Made by a program: the position numbers and the translations under genes. The notes below the pieces were generated by a model, which did no database searches, was not told the origin of the DNA, and saw nothing but the letters and a program-made list of their open reading frames with translations. A DNA stretch of 64,000 nt, taken from assembly GCA_017880775.1 (NCBI GenBank), contig JADGRQ010000013.1:5368-69367 (forward strand). The letters run 5' to 3'. This stretch comes from Burkholderiales bacterium. GTDB lineage: Bacteria; Pseudomonadota; Gammaproteobacteria; Burkholderiales; SG8-39. Position 1 is the stretch's first letter. Each line of letters begins with the position of its first letter. This document shows positions 47,861 to 58,236 of the stretch, one piece after another.

Positions 47861-48903
47861 GGCGAATCGGCGCGCTGATCGGCACGCTCGGTGATATACG
47901 GAATTTCGATTTCGACCACGTAGCGCTCGGCCTCCACCCGCGTCCCGAGTCGCGCCTCTGCGTCGAAGAACAGCATCAGTCGCTCGCGGATGTTGTCGAG
48001 CGCCATGTGATTGCCGGCGCGGTGCTGATGCTCCCGATGGTAGGGGTTGGTCAGGCGCAGCCGTACGCGATCGCCTTGCAGCGCGACGTGCACCGCGACC
48101 TCGCCCGGCCCGGTGCCCGGCTCGACTCCGTGGTAAACGGCATTCTCCAGCAACGGCTGCAGCACCAGCGGCGGCAGCAGCGCATCGAGAGGCGCTGCAT
48201 CGATCTCCCACACCACGCGCAGCCGCTCACCCAGCCTCAACTGCTCCAGCCTGGCGTAGCGCTCGAGCAGCGCTATTTCATCGGCGAGCCGCACGAATCC
48301 GCGCTGGTCGGACACCAGAGTGCGGAACAGGTCGGACAGGTCTTCGAGCGCCGTTTCGGCGCGCCGCGGGTCGCGCCGGATCAGCGAAAGAACCGCGTTC
48401 AGACTGTTGAACAGGAAATGCGGGCGGATGCGCGCCTGCAGCGCCTGCAGCCGCGCCTCGATCAGCGCGGGCGAGAACGCCCGCGCGCGCAAGCGCAGAT
48501 ATTCGAGCAGCGCCGCGCTGACGAGCAGCGTGAACATCCACAGCTTCGGCAGATCGATCGCCGGGTCCGGCGGCGCGAGTCCGCGCACCGCATAGGCAAC
48601 CAGCGTTACGAGCGCCAGCGCGATCACTGCGACGGCCGCATATCCTGCGGCATATCCGGCCGAGCCGGCGAGCCGCCGCAGCCACGGAGCAAGGACGTAG
48701 AGCATCATCAGGGTGACGATCAGCGCGGGCTCCACCAGGACGGCATCGTGAACGAAACGATCCACGATCTGCGCCCACCCGGATTGCGCGTACGACGCGG
48801 CCGCGAACGCGGCGACGTTCACGCCGACCAGAACCCGCGCCATGACGCCGAGATTGCGGAAATCCGGCAGGGCATCCGTGGTGGCGTTTTGCTTTATACT
48901 CAT
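47857..48903 (-). CDS. algZ: LytS/AlgZ(FimS)-type sensor histidine kinase
   Basis: From [20 protein letters not shown] (codon 33 of ORF 47857-48999); multi-TM N-half, His_kinase box [17 protein letters not shown], ATPase region LENAVYHG. Confidence 0.85.
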   Translation of the reverse strand: MSIKQNATTDALPDFRNLGVMARVLVGVNVAAFAAASYAQSGWAQIVDRFVHDAVLVEPALIVTLMMLYVLAPWLRRLAGSAGYAAGYAAVAVIALALVTLVAYAVRGLAPPDPAIDLPKLWMFTLLVSAALLEYLRLRARAFSPALIEARLQALQARIRPHFLFNSLNAVLSLIRRDPRRAETALEDLSDLFRTLVSDQRGFVRLADEIALLERYARLEQLRLGERLRVVWEIDAAPLDALLPPLVLQPLLENAVYHGVEPGTGPGEVAVHVALQGDRVRLRLTNPYHREHQHRAGNHMALDNIRERLMLFFDAEARLGTRVEAERYVVEIEIPYITERADQRADSP

Positions 48904-48984
48904 TATGTTGCGCGCGGCGCTGCCACGCAATACGTCCAGCACTACGTCCAGCAACACGTCCGCGAGCCCGCCCCAGTATGCCCC

Positions 48985-50406
48985 ATGGCTTCCCGACAAT
49001 CAAAGAAGCGCGTTAAAGACGCGCAGCCCTGGTCCGGTCGTTTCAACGAGCCGGTCGACGCACTGGTGAAGCGCTTCACCGCGTCGGTCGGATTCGACCG
49101 GCGGCTCGCGCAGCACGACATCCGCGGCTCGCTGGCGCACGCACGCATGCTTGCCGCGCGCGGCGTCATCGCGAATGCGGACCTGGCGGCGATCGAACGT
49201 GGTCTGTCCACCATCGGCCGGGAGATCGCGAGCGGCGCGTTCACCTGGTCGGAAGACGCCGAGGACGTGCACCTCAACATCGAGCGCCGGCTGGTCGAAC
49301 TGGTCGGCGACCCCGGAAAACGCCTGCACACCGGCCGCTCGCGCAACGACCAGGTCGCCACCGACCTGCGTCTGTGGCTGCGCGACGAGATCGACGCGAT
49401 CCTCGAACGGCTTGCGGCGCTGCAACGCGCCCTGCTCGACCAGGCCGAGCGGCACGCCGCGACGGTGATGCCGGGTTTCACGCATCTGCAGGTTGCGCAG
49501 CCGGTGACGTTCGGCCACCACCTGCTCGCCTATTTCGAAATGTTCGAGCGCGACCGCGAGCGGCTGGCCGATTGCCGCTGGCGCGTCAACCGGCTTCCGC
49601 TGGGCGCCGCCGCTCTGGCCGGAACCACCTTCCCGGTGGACCGCGCGCAGGTTGCCCGCGAGCTGGGTTTCGACGACGTGGCCGAAAATTCGCTCGACGC
49701 AGTGTCGGACCGGGACTTCGCGATCGAGTTCGCCGCCTGCGCTTCGCTCGTGATGGTGCACCTTTCGCGCTTTGCCGAGGAACTGGTGCTCTGGATGAAC
49801 CCGCGCTTCGCGTTCGTGCGGCTTCCCGACCGCTTCTGCACCGGCTCTTCGATCATGCCGCAGAAAAAGAACCCCGACATTCCGGAGCTGGTGCGCGGCA
49901 AGAGCGGGCGTGTATTCGGCCACCTGATGGCGTTGCTCGCGCTGATGAAGGGGCAGCCGCTGGCTTACAACCGGGACAACCAGGAGGACAAGGAACCGCT
50001 GTTCGATACGGTCGACACTCTCGGCAACAGCCTGGCGGTGTTCGCCGGACTGGTCGCCGGACTGGAAGCTCGCCCGGAGAACATGCGCGAGGCGGCGCTG
50101 CAGGGTTTTTCCACCGCCACGGACCTCGCCGACTACCTGGTGCGCAAGGGCGTGGCATTTCGCGATGCGCACGGAATCGTCGCGCGCGCGGTGCGCGAGG
50201 CCGAAGCCACCGGCTGCGACCTTTCGGGGCTGCCGCTCGCCGTGCTGCGGCGGTTTTGCGGCGCGATCGGGAACGACGTTTACCGGGCGCTCACGCTCGA
50301 AGGCTCGGTCGCCGCGCGCGATCACCCCGGCGGCACCGCGCCGCGCAGAGTGCGCGCGGCCGTCGCGCGCGCGCGCAAGCGCCTGGCCCGCAAGGCAACC
50401 GCATGA
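48985..50406 (+). CDS. argH: argininosuccinate lyase
   Basis: From [23 protein letters not shown] (ATG 48985) within ORF 48007-50406; [32 protein letters not shown] signature. Confidence 0.96.
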   Translation: MASRQSKKRVKDAQPWSGRFNEPVDALVKRFTASVGFDRRLAQHDIRGSLAHARMLAARGVIANADLAAIERGLSTIGREIASGAFTWSEDAEDVHLNIERRLVELVGDPGKRLHTGRSRNDQVATDLRLWLRDEIDAILERLAALQRALLDQAERHAATVMPGFTHLQVAQPVTFGHHLLAYFEMFERDRERLADCRWRVNRLPLGAAALAGTTFPVDRAQVARELGFDDVAENSLDAVSDRDFAIEFAACASLVMVHLSRFAEELVLWMNPRFAFVRLPDRFCTGSSIMPQKKNPDIPELVRGKSGRVFGHLMALLALMKGQPLAYNRDNQEDKEPLFDTVDTLGNSLAVFAGLVAGLEARPENMREAALQGFSTATDLADYLVRKGVAFRDAHGIVARAVREAEATGCDLSGLPLAVLRRFCGAIGNDVYRALTLEGSVAARDHPGGTAPRRVRAAVARARKRLARKATA

Positions 50407-51695
50407 GCGAGGCGCAGCTCCGGGAGCTCATCGGCAAATACCGGGTGGTGCGCAAGCTCGGCGAAGGCGCGACCAGCGAAGTGTTCCTGTGCAACGATCC
50501 GTTCAACCGCCGCGACGTGGCGGTAAAGCTGGTGTTCGAAGAGATTTTCAGCGACCCCTCGCGCGGCAGGCTGTTCGAAAAGCTGTTCATCACCGAGGCC
50601 TCGCTTGCGGGCAAGCTGGCGCACCCGCACATCTGCGAGATCTACGATGCGGTCGCCGAGGACAAGCTGCATTACATCGTGATGGAGTTCGTCAATGGCG
50701 GGACGCTGGAGAAGTACAGCGACCCGCAGAGCCTGCTGCCCGTCGACCGCGTGGTGGAGATGATCTTCAAGTGCACCCGCGCGCTCGATTTCGCGCACCA
50801 GATGGGAATCACCCACCGGGACCTGAAGCCGGCGAACATACTGTACGCAGGCGGGACCGACGTGAAAATCAGCGATTTCGGCGCCGCGCTGATCGCCAGC
50901 GGCGAGCAGACCCAGGTCTCGGCGATCGGCTCGCCGGCGTACATGTCGCCGCAACAGGTGAAGGAGCACCCGCTCGATCACCGCACGGACATCTATTCGC
51001 TGGGCGTGGTGATGTACCACCTGCTGACCGGCCGGCTGCCGTTCCAGGCAAGCAACAACTTCAGCCTGATCTACCAGATCACCAACGTCGATGCCGCGCC
51101 GCCCTCGTCATACCGGCCCGAGATCCCGGCGAGCATCGATGCGATCGTCAAGCGCGCGATGGCGAAGGAACTGGAGGAACGCTACGCCGAGTGGGAGGAT
51201 TTCTCGCTCGACCTTGCCGAAGCATTCCGCAACGAGAACCTCGGCGCGCAGACCAAGGAATTCGCCGACTCGGACAAATTCAACACGCTGCGCTCGCTGC
51301 CGTTCTTCGAGAACTTCAACGATGCGGAAATCTGGGAGGTGGCGCGCTTCAGCACCTGGCGCCAGTGCGGCTCGGGCGAGTTGCTGATGAAGGAAGGCGA
51401 ACCGGGCGCCTTTTTCTGCATCCTCGCCGACGGCCAGATCAAGGTCACCAAGAACGGCAAGCTGCTCAACCTGCTGCGAACCGGCGAGTGCTTCGGCGAG
51501 ATGGCCTACCTGTCGAAGTCGGGCCAGGCGCGCGGCGCCGACGTGACCGTCATGACCGACGCGAAGATCATCTCGGTTCCGACCGAGAAGCTGGCGGAGG
51601 CCTCCGACGCCTGCCGGCACAAGTTCGACCGCGCGTTCATGCAGATTCTGGTCGAGCGCTTGTCGATGGCCAACATCCGCCTCTCGGGCGTGTGA
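50403..51695 (+). CDS. Hanks-type Ser/Thr protein kinase fused to a C-terminal cyclic-nucleotide-binding domain
   Basis: From [27 protein letters not shown] (ATG 50403, ATGA overlap with argH) within ORF 49374-51695; [26 protein letters not shown]; C-terminal FGEMAYL...RGADV cNMP-binding signature. Confidence 0.85.
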   Translation: MSEAQLRELIGKYRVVRKLGEGATSEVFLCNDPFNRRDVAVKLVFEEIFSDPSRGRLFEKLFITEASLAGKLAHPHICEIYDAVAEDKLHYIVMEFVNGGTLEKYSDPQSLLPVDRVVEMIFKCTRALDFAHQMGITHRDLKPANILYAGGTDVKISDFGAALIASGEQTQVSAIGSPAYMSPQQVKEHPLDHRTDIYSLGVVMYHLLTGRLPFQASNNFSLIYQITNVDAAPPSSYRPEIPASIDAIVKRAMAKELEERYAEWEDFSLDLAEAFRNENLGAQTKEFADSDKFNTLRSLPFFENFNDAEIWEVARFSTWRQCGSGELLMKEGEPGAFFCILADGQIKVTKNGKLLNLLRTGECFGEMAYLSKSGQARGADVTVMTDAKIISVPTEKLAEASDACRHKFDRAFMQILVERLSMANIRLSGV

Positions 51696-51711
51696 CGCAA
51701 GCGACAGTCGC

Positions 51712-52446
51712 GTGAAGTTCGTCAAGCGGGGCCCGCCCGGGTTCGCGCCGATGTACGCGGCGGAGGCCGAGGGTCTCAGAGCGCTGCGCGCCGCGGGAAT
51801 GCGCGCGCCCGAGCCGTACGCACACGGCGTGCACGGCGCCGAGGCGTTCATCGAGATGGAGCGGCTCGAGCTCGGCGGTCCCGCGGATTGGCCGGCGCTC
51901 GCGCGCATGCTCGCCAGCCTGCATCGCAACATCGGTCAGCAATTCGGCTGGGAGAACGACAACTGGATCGGCTTATCGCCACAGCACAACGGCTGGAGCG
52001 GCGACTGGGGCGAGTTCTGGCGTGAGCGCCGCCTCGAGCCACAGCTTGCGGTGGCCCGATCGAACGGCTTCTCGATCGACTGCGGGCCGCTACTGCAGCA
52101 ACTGCCTGTCTTCTTCGACGATCATCGGCCGCAAGCCTCGCTCCTGCACGGCGATCTGTGGAGCGGCAATATCGGATTTACGCACGAGGGACCTGTCATT
52201 TTCGACCCGGCGGTGTACTACGGAGACCGGGAAGCCGATCTCGCGATGACCGAACTGTTCGGCGGGTTTCCGCGCGAGTTCTACGCCGCGTATGCGCAGA
52301 CCTGGCCGCTCGATCCGGGTTATTCAACGCGCAAGGACTTGTACAACCTCTACCACGTCCTCAACCACGCGAACCTGTTCGGCGGGAGCTATGTATTGCA
52401 GGCCGCGCGAATGATCACGCGGCTGCTGGCGCAGATGGGGAGCTAA
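51712..52446 (+). CDS. fructosamine/ketosamine kinase family protein, lacking the usual N-terminal ~40 residues
   Basis: 244-aa GTG-started ORF; (M)KFVKRGPPGFAPMYAAEAEGL aligns with residues ~42 onward of E. coli YniA (FFVKCD......F.AEA..L); LLHGDLWSGN and FDPA.YYGDRE.DLAM catalytic motifs intact. Confidence 0.72.
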   Translation: MKFVKRGPPGFAPMYAAEAEGLRALRAAGMRAPEPYAHGVHGAEAFIEMERLELGGPADWPALARMLASLHRNIGQQFGWENDNWIGLSPQHNGWSGDWGEFWRERRLEPQLAVARSNGFSIDCGPLLQQLPVFFDDHRPQASLLHGDLWSGNIGFTHEGPVIFDPAVYYGDREADLAMTELFGGFPREFYAAYAQTWPLDPGYSTRKDLYNLYHVLNHANLFGGSYVLQAARMITRLLAQMGS

Positions 52447-52784
52447 GCAGGCTGCTTGCCGAGTTTCTCGGCGAGCAGCTTCTGCAGTTCGCCGGACTGA
52501 TACATCTCCTTCACGATATCCGAGCCGCCGACGAACTCGCCCGCGACGTACAGCTGCGGGATCGTCGGCCAGTTCGCGAAATCCTTGATGCCCTGGCGGA
52601 TGTCGGGATTCTCCAGCACGTTCACGCTGAAGAACTCGTTCACGCCGCAGGCGTGCAACACCTGGGTCGCGAGCTGCGAAAACCCGCACTGGGGAAACTG
52701 CGGCGTGCCTTTCATGTAGAGCACGACCGGGTGTGCGCTGACCTGTTCCTTGATGAGTTGCTGAACGTCCATGGAAGTCTCCAA
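52443..52784 (-). CDS. grxD: monothiol (Grx4-type) glutaredoxin
   Basis: 113-aa ORF; VVLYMKGTPQFPQCGFS active site, WPTIPQLYV.GEFVGG.DI. Confidence 0.93.
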   Translation of the reverse strand: METSMDVQQLIKEQVSAHPVVLYMKGTPQFPQCGFSQLATQVLHACGVNEFFSVNVLENPDIRQGIKDFANWPTIPQLYVAGEFVGGSDIVKEMYQSGELQKLLAEKLGKQPA

Positions 52785-52808
52785 ATACCCGAGTAATTTG
52801 ATCGGATT

Positions 52809-53636
52809 CTAGCTGGTGCCACCAAGGTTCGTCAATCGAGCCCCCGTTACGCGCGCAATTCCGGAGAGATCGGGCCAAGAGCGCGCACTATCAAGTCCTG
52901 CCTCGGCGAGAAGCGCACGTACCGCGGCATCCTGTCCGATGCCGTGCTCGAGAAAGATCCAGCCGCCCGGATCGAGGTGCGCCGGGGCCGCTCTGGCGAT
53001 CTCGCGGATCGCATCGAGCCCGTCAGCACCCGCCACCAGCGCCTCGCGCGGCTCGAAGCGCAGGTCGCCTTCGGCGAGGTGCGGATCGCCTTGCGCAACA
53101 TAGGGCGGGTTGCCGACGATCAGCTCGAAGCGCCGCGCCGCCAGCGGCTCGAACCATCGCCCTTCGATGAATTCGATCGCAAAGCCAAGACGCGTTGCGT
53201 TCGCACGAGCAACCTCGAGCGCCGCCGCGGACGCTTCGACCGCGCACACCTGCGATTGAGGCCGCGCGTGCTTGATCGCGAGCGCCACCGCACCCGAACC
53301 GGTGCCGAGATCCAGCACGCGTACCGAGGCGTGCGAGGGAATACGTTCGATTCCCAGATCGACCAGCAATTCTGTTTCTGGCCGCGGGATCAGAACCGAC
53401 GGGCTCACTGCAAGCCCCAATCCGTAGAACTCGCGCTCGCCTAGAAGGTAAGCGATCGGCTCGCCGGCTTTGCGCCGCGCGGCGATTGCCGCGAAGTTAC
53501 GCACTTCGGATCCGGAAAGTTCACGCTCGGGATGCGCGATCAGCGTGGTCCGCGGCCAGCCAGTCGCATTCGCAAGCAACAGCCGCGCCTCAGCGATCGA
53601 CAAGCCGCTCGACGCCAGCGCCTCTGCAACCTTCAT
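52809..53636 (-). CDS. prmC: peptide chain release factor N5-glutamine methyltransferase
   Basis: 275-aa ORF; PIAYLLGEREF.GL, VLDLGTGSGA, GNPPY catalytic motif. Confidence 0.92.
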   Translation of the reverse strand: MKVAEALASSGLSIAEARLLLANATGWPRTTLIAHPERELSGSEVRNFAAIAARRKAGEPIAYLLGEREFYGLGLAVSPSVLIPRPETELLVDLGIERIPSHASVRVLDLGTGSGAVALAIKHARPQSQVCAVEASAAALEVARANATRLGFAIEFIEGRWFEPLAARRFELIVGNPPYVAQGDPHLAEGDLRFEPREALVAGADGLDAIREIARAAPAHLDPGGWIFLEHGIGQDAAVRALLAEAGLDSARSWPDLSGIARVTGARLTNLGGTS

Positions 53637-53702
53637 TACCCGAATTCGAGAACTTCAAATTCTGAGGCGAAAAGCGGCTTCAACAACCGATCAATGTTTT
53701 CG

Positions 53703-53933
53703 TCAAGCAGCACGCGCACTGCCAGCCTCGGCCCCCACAGCGTGCAGGGCTTCTTCCAGAAACGCCTCGGCTTGCTCGCGTCTCACCGTAGGGAATCCAT
53801 CCAGAAAGCGGTCAAGCGTTTCCCCAGCTTTCAAATAATCGATGAGAATCTGCACGGGAACGCGCGTGCCCGCGAAGACTACGGCACCGCTGACCACATC
53901 AGGATCGCGGCTGACAATCGGCGCTTGGTTCAT
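53703..53933 (-). CDS. DUF433 domain protein (antitoxin-like HTH)
   Basis: 76-aa ORF; SRDPDVVSGAVVFAGTRVPVQILIDYLKAGETLDRFLDGFPTV matches the DUF433 pattern (..G.P...GTR.PV..I...L..G.....I...YP.L); strong SD AAGAGGAG upstream. Confidence 0.7.
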   Translation of the reverse strand: MNQAPIVSRDPDVVSGAVVFAGTRVPVQILIDYLKAGETLDRFLDGFPTVRREQAEAFLEEALHAVGAEAGSARAA

Positions 53934-53977
53934 GATCGCAACTCCTCTTACTCCCAGCAGCTAAAGGATACGCTTCA

Positions 53978-55087
53978 TCAAACACCGCTGCGCGCCACGG
54001 CCGGTTCCTCGCCCTCCGCAGCCTGCGCGAGCCGCTCCGCCTGGAATTCGGAAGACAACGCACTCACCAGCTCATCGAGCTCGCCGTCCATGATGCGGTC
54101 GATCTTGTGCAGCGTGAGGTTGATGCGGTGGTCGGTGACCCGCCCCTGCGGGAAGTTGTAGGTGCGGATCCGCTCCGAACGATCGCCCGACCCGATCAGC
54201 GATTTGCGCGCCGACGCGGTCTTCGCGTGCGCTTCGCGCTCCTGCTTGTCCTTGATGCGCGCGACGAGCACGCCCATCGCCTTTTCGCGGTTCTTGTGCT
54301 GCGAGCGCGAATCCTGGCACTCGACCACGATCCCGGTGGGCAGGTGCGTGATGCGGATCGCCGAATCCGTCTTGTTGACGTGCTGCCCGCCCGCCCCCGA
54401 AGCGCGGAACGTGTCGACACGCAGTTCGGCCGGATTGAGCACCACGTCATTGACCGCGTCGGCCTCGGGCAGCACGGCGACGGTGCACGCCGAGGTATGG
54501 ATTCGACCCTGCGCCTCGGTCGCGGGCACCCGCTGCACGCGATGCGCGCCGGACTCGAACTTCAGTTTGGAGTAGGCACCCTGCCCGATCAGCCGGGCGA
54601 TCACCTCCTTGTAGCCGCCCATCTCGGAGTGGCTCTCCGAGATCAGCTCGACCTGCCATCCCTGGCGCTCGGCGTAGCGCGTGTACATGCGGAACAGGTC
54701 GCCCGCGAACAGCCCCGACTCGTCCCCGCCGGTGCCGGCGCGCACCTCGAGAAACAGGTTGCGGTCATCGTTCGGGTCGCGCGGCAGCAGCGCCTGCTGC
54801 AGTTCGGCTTCCAGTTTCTCCACCGAGGCGCGCGCGCTCTTCAGCTCGTCGTCGGCGTAGCTCTTCATCGCAGGGTCAGCGGCGAGCTCACGCGCGGCCT
54901 GCGCGTCGGCCTCGGCACCCTGTAGCCGGCGGTACAACCCGACCAGGCCGGTGAGCCCGGCGTGCTCGCGCGAGAACCGGCGAAAGCTCTCCAGGTCCCG
55001 GGTCGCGTGTTGCGAAGACAGAAGCCCGTTCAACTCGTCGAGCCGTGCAGCGAGGCTTTCGAGTTTCGCCCGAACGGAGGGCTTCAC
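53978..55087 (-). CDS. prfA: peptide chain release factor 1
   Basis: 369-aa ORF (GTG start); PAT-type region QRVPATE, GGQ motif [16 protein letters not shown]. Confidence 0.96.
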   Translation of the reverse strand: MKPSVRAKLESLAARLDELNGLLSSQHATRDLESFRRFSREHAGLTGLVGLYRRLQGAEADAQAARELAADPAMKSYADDELKSARASVEKLEAELQQALLPRDPNDDRNLFLEVRAGTGGDESGLFAGDLFRMYTRYAERQGWQVELISESHSEMGGYKEVIARLIGQGAYSKLKFESGAHRVQRVPATEAQGRIHTSACTVAVLPEADAVNDVVLNPAELRVDTFRASGAGGQHVNKTDSAIRITHLPTGIVVECQDSRSQHKNREKAMGVLVARIKDKQEREAHAKTASARKSLIGSGDRSERIRTYNFPQGRVTDHRINLTLHKIDRIMDGELDELVSALSSEFQAERLAQAAEGEEPAVARSGV

Positions 55088-55088
55088 G

Positions 55089-56336
55089 TCAGGATTTCAG
55101 GCGAAACAGGCGCGCAACCAGCGCGGTGAGCGCGGCGCGCTCGTCGCTCGAGGCCTGGTTCAGCGCCTGTGTCGGAGCGTGGATCAGCTTGTTGGTGAGG
55201 CCCTGGGAGAGTGCCTCGAGCACCTGCTGCGGGTCGTCGCCGCGCGAGAGCATCTTCAACGCGCGCTCCACCTCGTGCCGGCGCGCCTGCTCGGCGGTCT
55301 CGCGCAGCTGGCGGATCGCTGGCACCGCCTCGCGCGCCGACAACCAGTGCATGAACTGCCCGACCTGCGTCTCGATGATCGCTTCGGCCTGCTCGACTGC
55401 GGCGCGGCGCTGGTCGAGGTTTCCGGCCACGATGCCGGCGAGATCGTCCACGGTGTACAGGAATACGTCGTCCAGCTCGCCGACTTCCTGTTCGATGTCG
55501 CGCGGCACCGCCAGATCGACCATGAACATCGGGCGGTGGCGGCGCGCGCGCAGCGCGCGCTCGACCAGCCCCTTGCCGAGGATCGGCAACGAACTGGCTG
55601 TACAGGACACCACGATGTCGTAACTGTGCAGGTGTTCCGCGAGCGACTTCAGCTCGATGGCGTCGCCGCTGAAGCGGTGCGCGAGCGCCTCGCCGCGCTC
55701 GATGGTGCGGTTGGCCACCGTGAACCGCGCCGGGCTCTGCGCGGCGAAATGCGTCGCACACAATTCGATCATCTCGCCCGCGCCGATAAACAGCACGTTC
55801 TGCTCGTGCAGCGAGGTAAAGATGCGCGCGGCGAGCTTCACCGCAGCGGCGGCCATCGACACGCTGGCGGCGCCGACCTCGGTGTTGGTGCGCACTTCCT
55901 TCGCGACGGCGAAGGATCTCTGGAACAGCTTGCTGAGCAGCGTGCCGAGCGTGCCGGCCGATTCCGCCGCGCGCGCCGCCTGCTTCATCTGGCCGAGGAT
56001 CTGCGGCTCGCCCAGCACCATCGAATCGAGGCCCGAAGCGACGCGGAACGCGTGACGCACCGCACCCTCGCGCGGCAAGGTGTAAATATAGGGCGACAGC
56101 TCGTGCGGCTTGACGCGGTGATATTCGGCGAGCCATTGCGCGGCGTCGAGCGGCTGCTCGGTGGAAAGATACAACTCGGTGCGGTTGCAGGTCGACAGGA
56201 TCGCCGCCTCGCTCACCTGCCTGCCACGGGTCAGCTCGGCGAGCGCATCGCGCATGCGCTCGACATGGAACACCACGCGCTCGCGGATCGGCAGCGGCGC
56301 GGTCTGGTGGTTCAGGCCGAGGGCGAACAGCATCAT
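55089..56336 (-). CDS. hemA: glutamyl-tRNA reductase
   Basis: 415-aa ORF; [26 protein letters not shown] fold VLFIGAGEM; 1-nt spacer to prfA. Confidence 0.95.
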   Translation of the reverse strand: MMLFALGLNHQTAPLPIRERVVFHVERMRDALAELTRGRQVSEAAILSTCNRTELYLSTEQPLDAAQWLAEYHRVKPHELSPYIYTLPREGAVRHAFRVASGLDSMVLGEPQILGQMKQAARAAESAGTLGTLLSKLFQRSFAVAKEVRTNTEVGAASVSMAAAAVKLAARIFTSLHEQNVLFIGAGEMIELCATHFAAQSPARFTVANRTIERGEALAHRFSGDAIELKSLAEHLHSYDIVVSCTASSLPILGKGLVERALRARRHRPMFMVDLAVPRDIEQEVGELDDVFLYTVDDLAGIVAGNLDQRRAAVEQAEAIIETQVGQFMHWLSAREAVPAIRQLRETAEQARRHEVERALKMLSRGDDPQQVLEALSQGLTNKLIHAPTQALNQASSDERAALTALVARLFRLKS

Positions 56337-56439
56337 GCACTCATGGGTGGAAGGAACCCGTCATTTTATAACGGCAATCCCGCTCCGTGCCGCAGGATCG
56401 GCTTGACCTGCGTCAAATGCAGGCGCGTGCGAAGCCGGC

Positions 56440-57171
56440 CTACGCCGCGAAATCGGCAGACTGTACCCGCTTGACGCCCGCAGTCTTCATGCTTGCCCAC
56501 GCCTTCGCCATCGATCCCTGAAGATCGATGCCTCGGCTCGCGTCCTCAATCACCGCAGCTTCAAACCCGGCCTTGCGCGCGTCGAGCGCGGTCCACGCGA
56601 CGCAGAAATCCGTCGCCAGACCCGCCACGTAGCAGGTCTTGATGCCGCGCGCCTTGAGGTAGCCCGCAAGCCCGGTCGGTGTCTTGCGGTCGGCCTCGAC
56701 GAACGCCGAGTAGCTGTCGACGTTCTGGCGGAATCCCTTGCGAATCACCAGCTGCGCGTTCGGGATCTGCAGGTCCTTGTACAGCGCCGCGCCGTCGGTG
56801 CCCTGCACGCAATGGTCCGGCCACAGCACCTGCGTGCCGTAAGGCAGCTTGATCGTCTCGAAGGGCTTCTTGCCCGCGTGCTGCGACGCGAACGAAACGT
56901 GCTGCGGGTGGTGCCAGTCCTGAGTGATCACCACGTTGTCGAACACCTTCGCCAGCTTGTTGATGATCGGCACCACTTCGTCACCCTTCTGCACCGCGAG
57001 GCTGCCGCCGGGCACGAAGCAGTTCTGCACGTCAACGACGATCAGCACGCTCTTCGCATCGGGCTTGATCTGCGCGGCTCGGGCAAGCGGGGCCAGCGCG
57101 CCTCCGGCGGACGTGAGCGCAGCGAATGCGCCGAACACCTTGAGAACCTCACGGCGAGTGGTGGTCTTCAT
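56440..57171 (-). CDS. pncA: nicotinamidase/pyrazinamidase (isochorismatase family) with twin-arginine signal peptide
   Basis: 243-aa ORF; Tat motif TRREVLK then AxA site; catalytic D (VVDVQNCF), metal site DWHHPQH, K, and nucleophile Cys (GLATDFCV). Confidence 0.83.
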   Translation of the reverse strand: MKTTTRREVLKVFGAFAALTSAGGALAPLARAAQIKPDAKSVLIVVDVQNCFVPGGSLAVQKGDEVVPIINKLAKVFDNVVITQDWHHPQHVSFASQHAGKKPFETIKLPYGTQVLWPDHCVQGTDGAALYKDLQIPNAQLVIRKGFRQNVDSYSAFVEADRKTPTGLAGYLKARGIKTCYVAGLATDFCVAWTALDARKAGFEAAVIEDASRGIDLQGSMAKAWASMKTAGVKRVQSADFAA

Positions 57172-57309
57172 GACTCCTCCTCCATTGCGGGTGGGACAAA
57201 CGGACGGCCGACTTATAGACCGATTTCCGGCAGGGCGCCAGAGGGGGAGGGATTCGCCTTTGTTCGGGGCCGGCCATGGACCTGCAGTGGCTGGAGTTGT
57301 GATCCGTTA

Positions 57310-58101
57310 CTACTTGCCTTTCTCCGCAGTTCGATCAGTCGGCCACGACCAATACAAGCCCAGATACGTTCCCGACTGGGACGCGCCGGCTACGGTATGG
57401 CCAGCTCGAAATAGAAGGTTGCATCCGCCACAGACTTCAATGTCGTTGTAATACCCCCCAAAGTTGAGAAAGGTGGAGTGCCTGCCATCGACAGTTGCTG
57501 CTCCCTGCGCGAACACTTCACCGCCGAGGATCAGCTTTTCTGTGATAGACCGCTGCAACAACCAGCCTCCGAAGTTATAGTCCCGCATTCCAGGCGCGGA
57601 ATTGAACGCGCGCCCGCCGCCGCCGTAGGTCGTCCATGGCCCGAAACTCTTCTGCACCCAGATCGGGAAGGTCCACCACGCCCTGCCATTGCCCAATCCC
57701 TTGTCGGAATTGCCGGTCGGGAGCTCTAGCATCGGGAATATCCCCACCTGCGGTTGGGTGTCCGACTCATGCATGAATCGGTATTTGACACCCACTTCAA
57801 CGTCGCCGAGACCATGCTGCCTGGGGGCTTCGTTCGGGAATAACTTCACGAAAGGCACCACGACGTGCAAGTGAACGTCTTCGACCGGGCTCGTGTTGTA
57901 CTCGAACGCAGGCAATTGATATTGCTTTCCATCCGGCGCTTTCTGCCTGGTGGAAAAGACATAGGCTTCCGAGTGCCTGTACTCGATTGGCTCCGGGTCG
58001 TCGGTCAGGAACGGTGGTCCCGCCATCGCAACCCGTGAAGCCATCAGGAGCGCACCAGCGGCAATGAACCATGCTGCCGCCTTGATATTGGAAGTGTTCA
58101 C
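57310..58101 (-). CDS. outer-membrane beta-barrel channel (MetA-pathway/phenol-degradation-like 'transporter' family)
   Basis: ORF 57310-58149; proposed GTG start gives (M)NTSNIKAAAWFIAAGALLMASRVAMA signal; mature start GPPFLTDDPEP typical of this OMP family; alternating beta-strand pattern. C-terminal residues (...WPTDRTAEKGK) do not form a canonical aromatic OMP terminus. Confidence 0.65.
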   Translation of the reverse strand: MNTSNIKAAAWFIAAGALLMASRVAMAGPPFLTDDPEPIEYRHSEAYVFSTRQKAPDGKQYQLPAFEYNTSPVEDVHLHVVVPFVKLFPNEAPRQHGLGDVEVGVKYRFMHESDTQPQVGIFPMLELPTGNSDKGLGNGRAWWTFPIWVQKSFGPWTTYGGGGRAFNSAPGMRDYNFGGWLLQRSITEKLILGGEVFAQGAATVDGRHSTFLNFGGYYNDIEVCGGCNLLFRAGHTVAGASQSGTYLGLYWSWPTDRTAEKGK

Positions 58102-58236
58102 GTCCCTGCATCTCCCAGGCGCGCTGTAGCCCCCATCGCCACTACTCACTGCCAGGCAAATACCGGTGCCGCGCCGTCACCACGCAGCAATGGAGAAAGG
58201 CGGCATTTCTCGCACTACTGCGCTCGCAATGCATGC

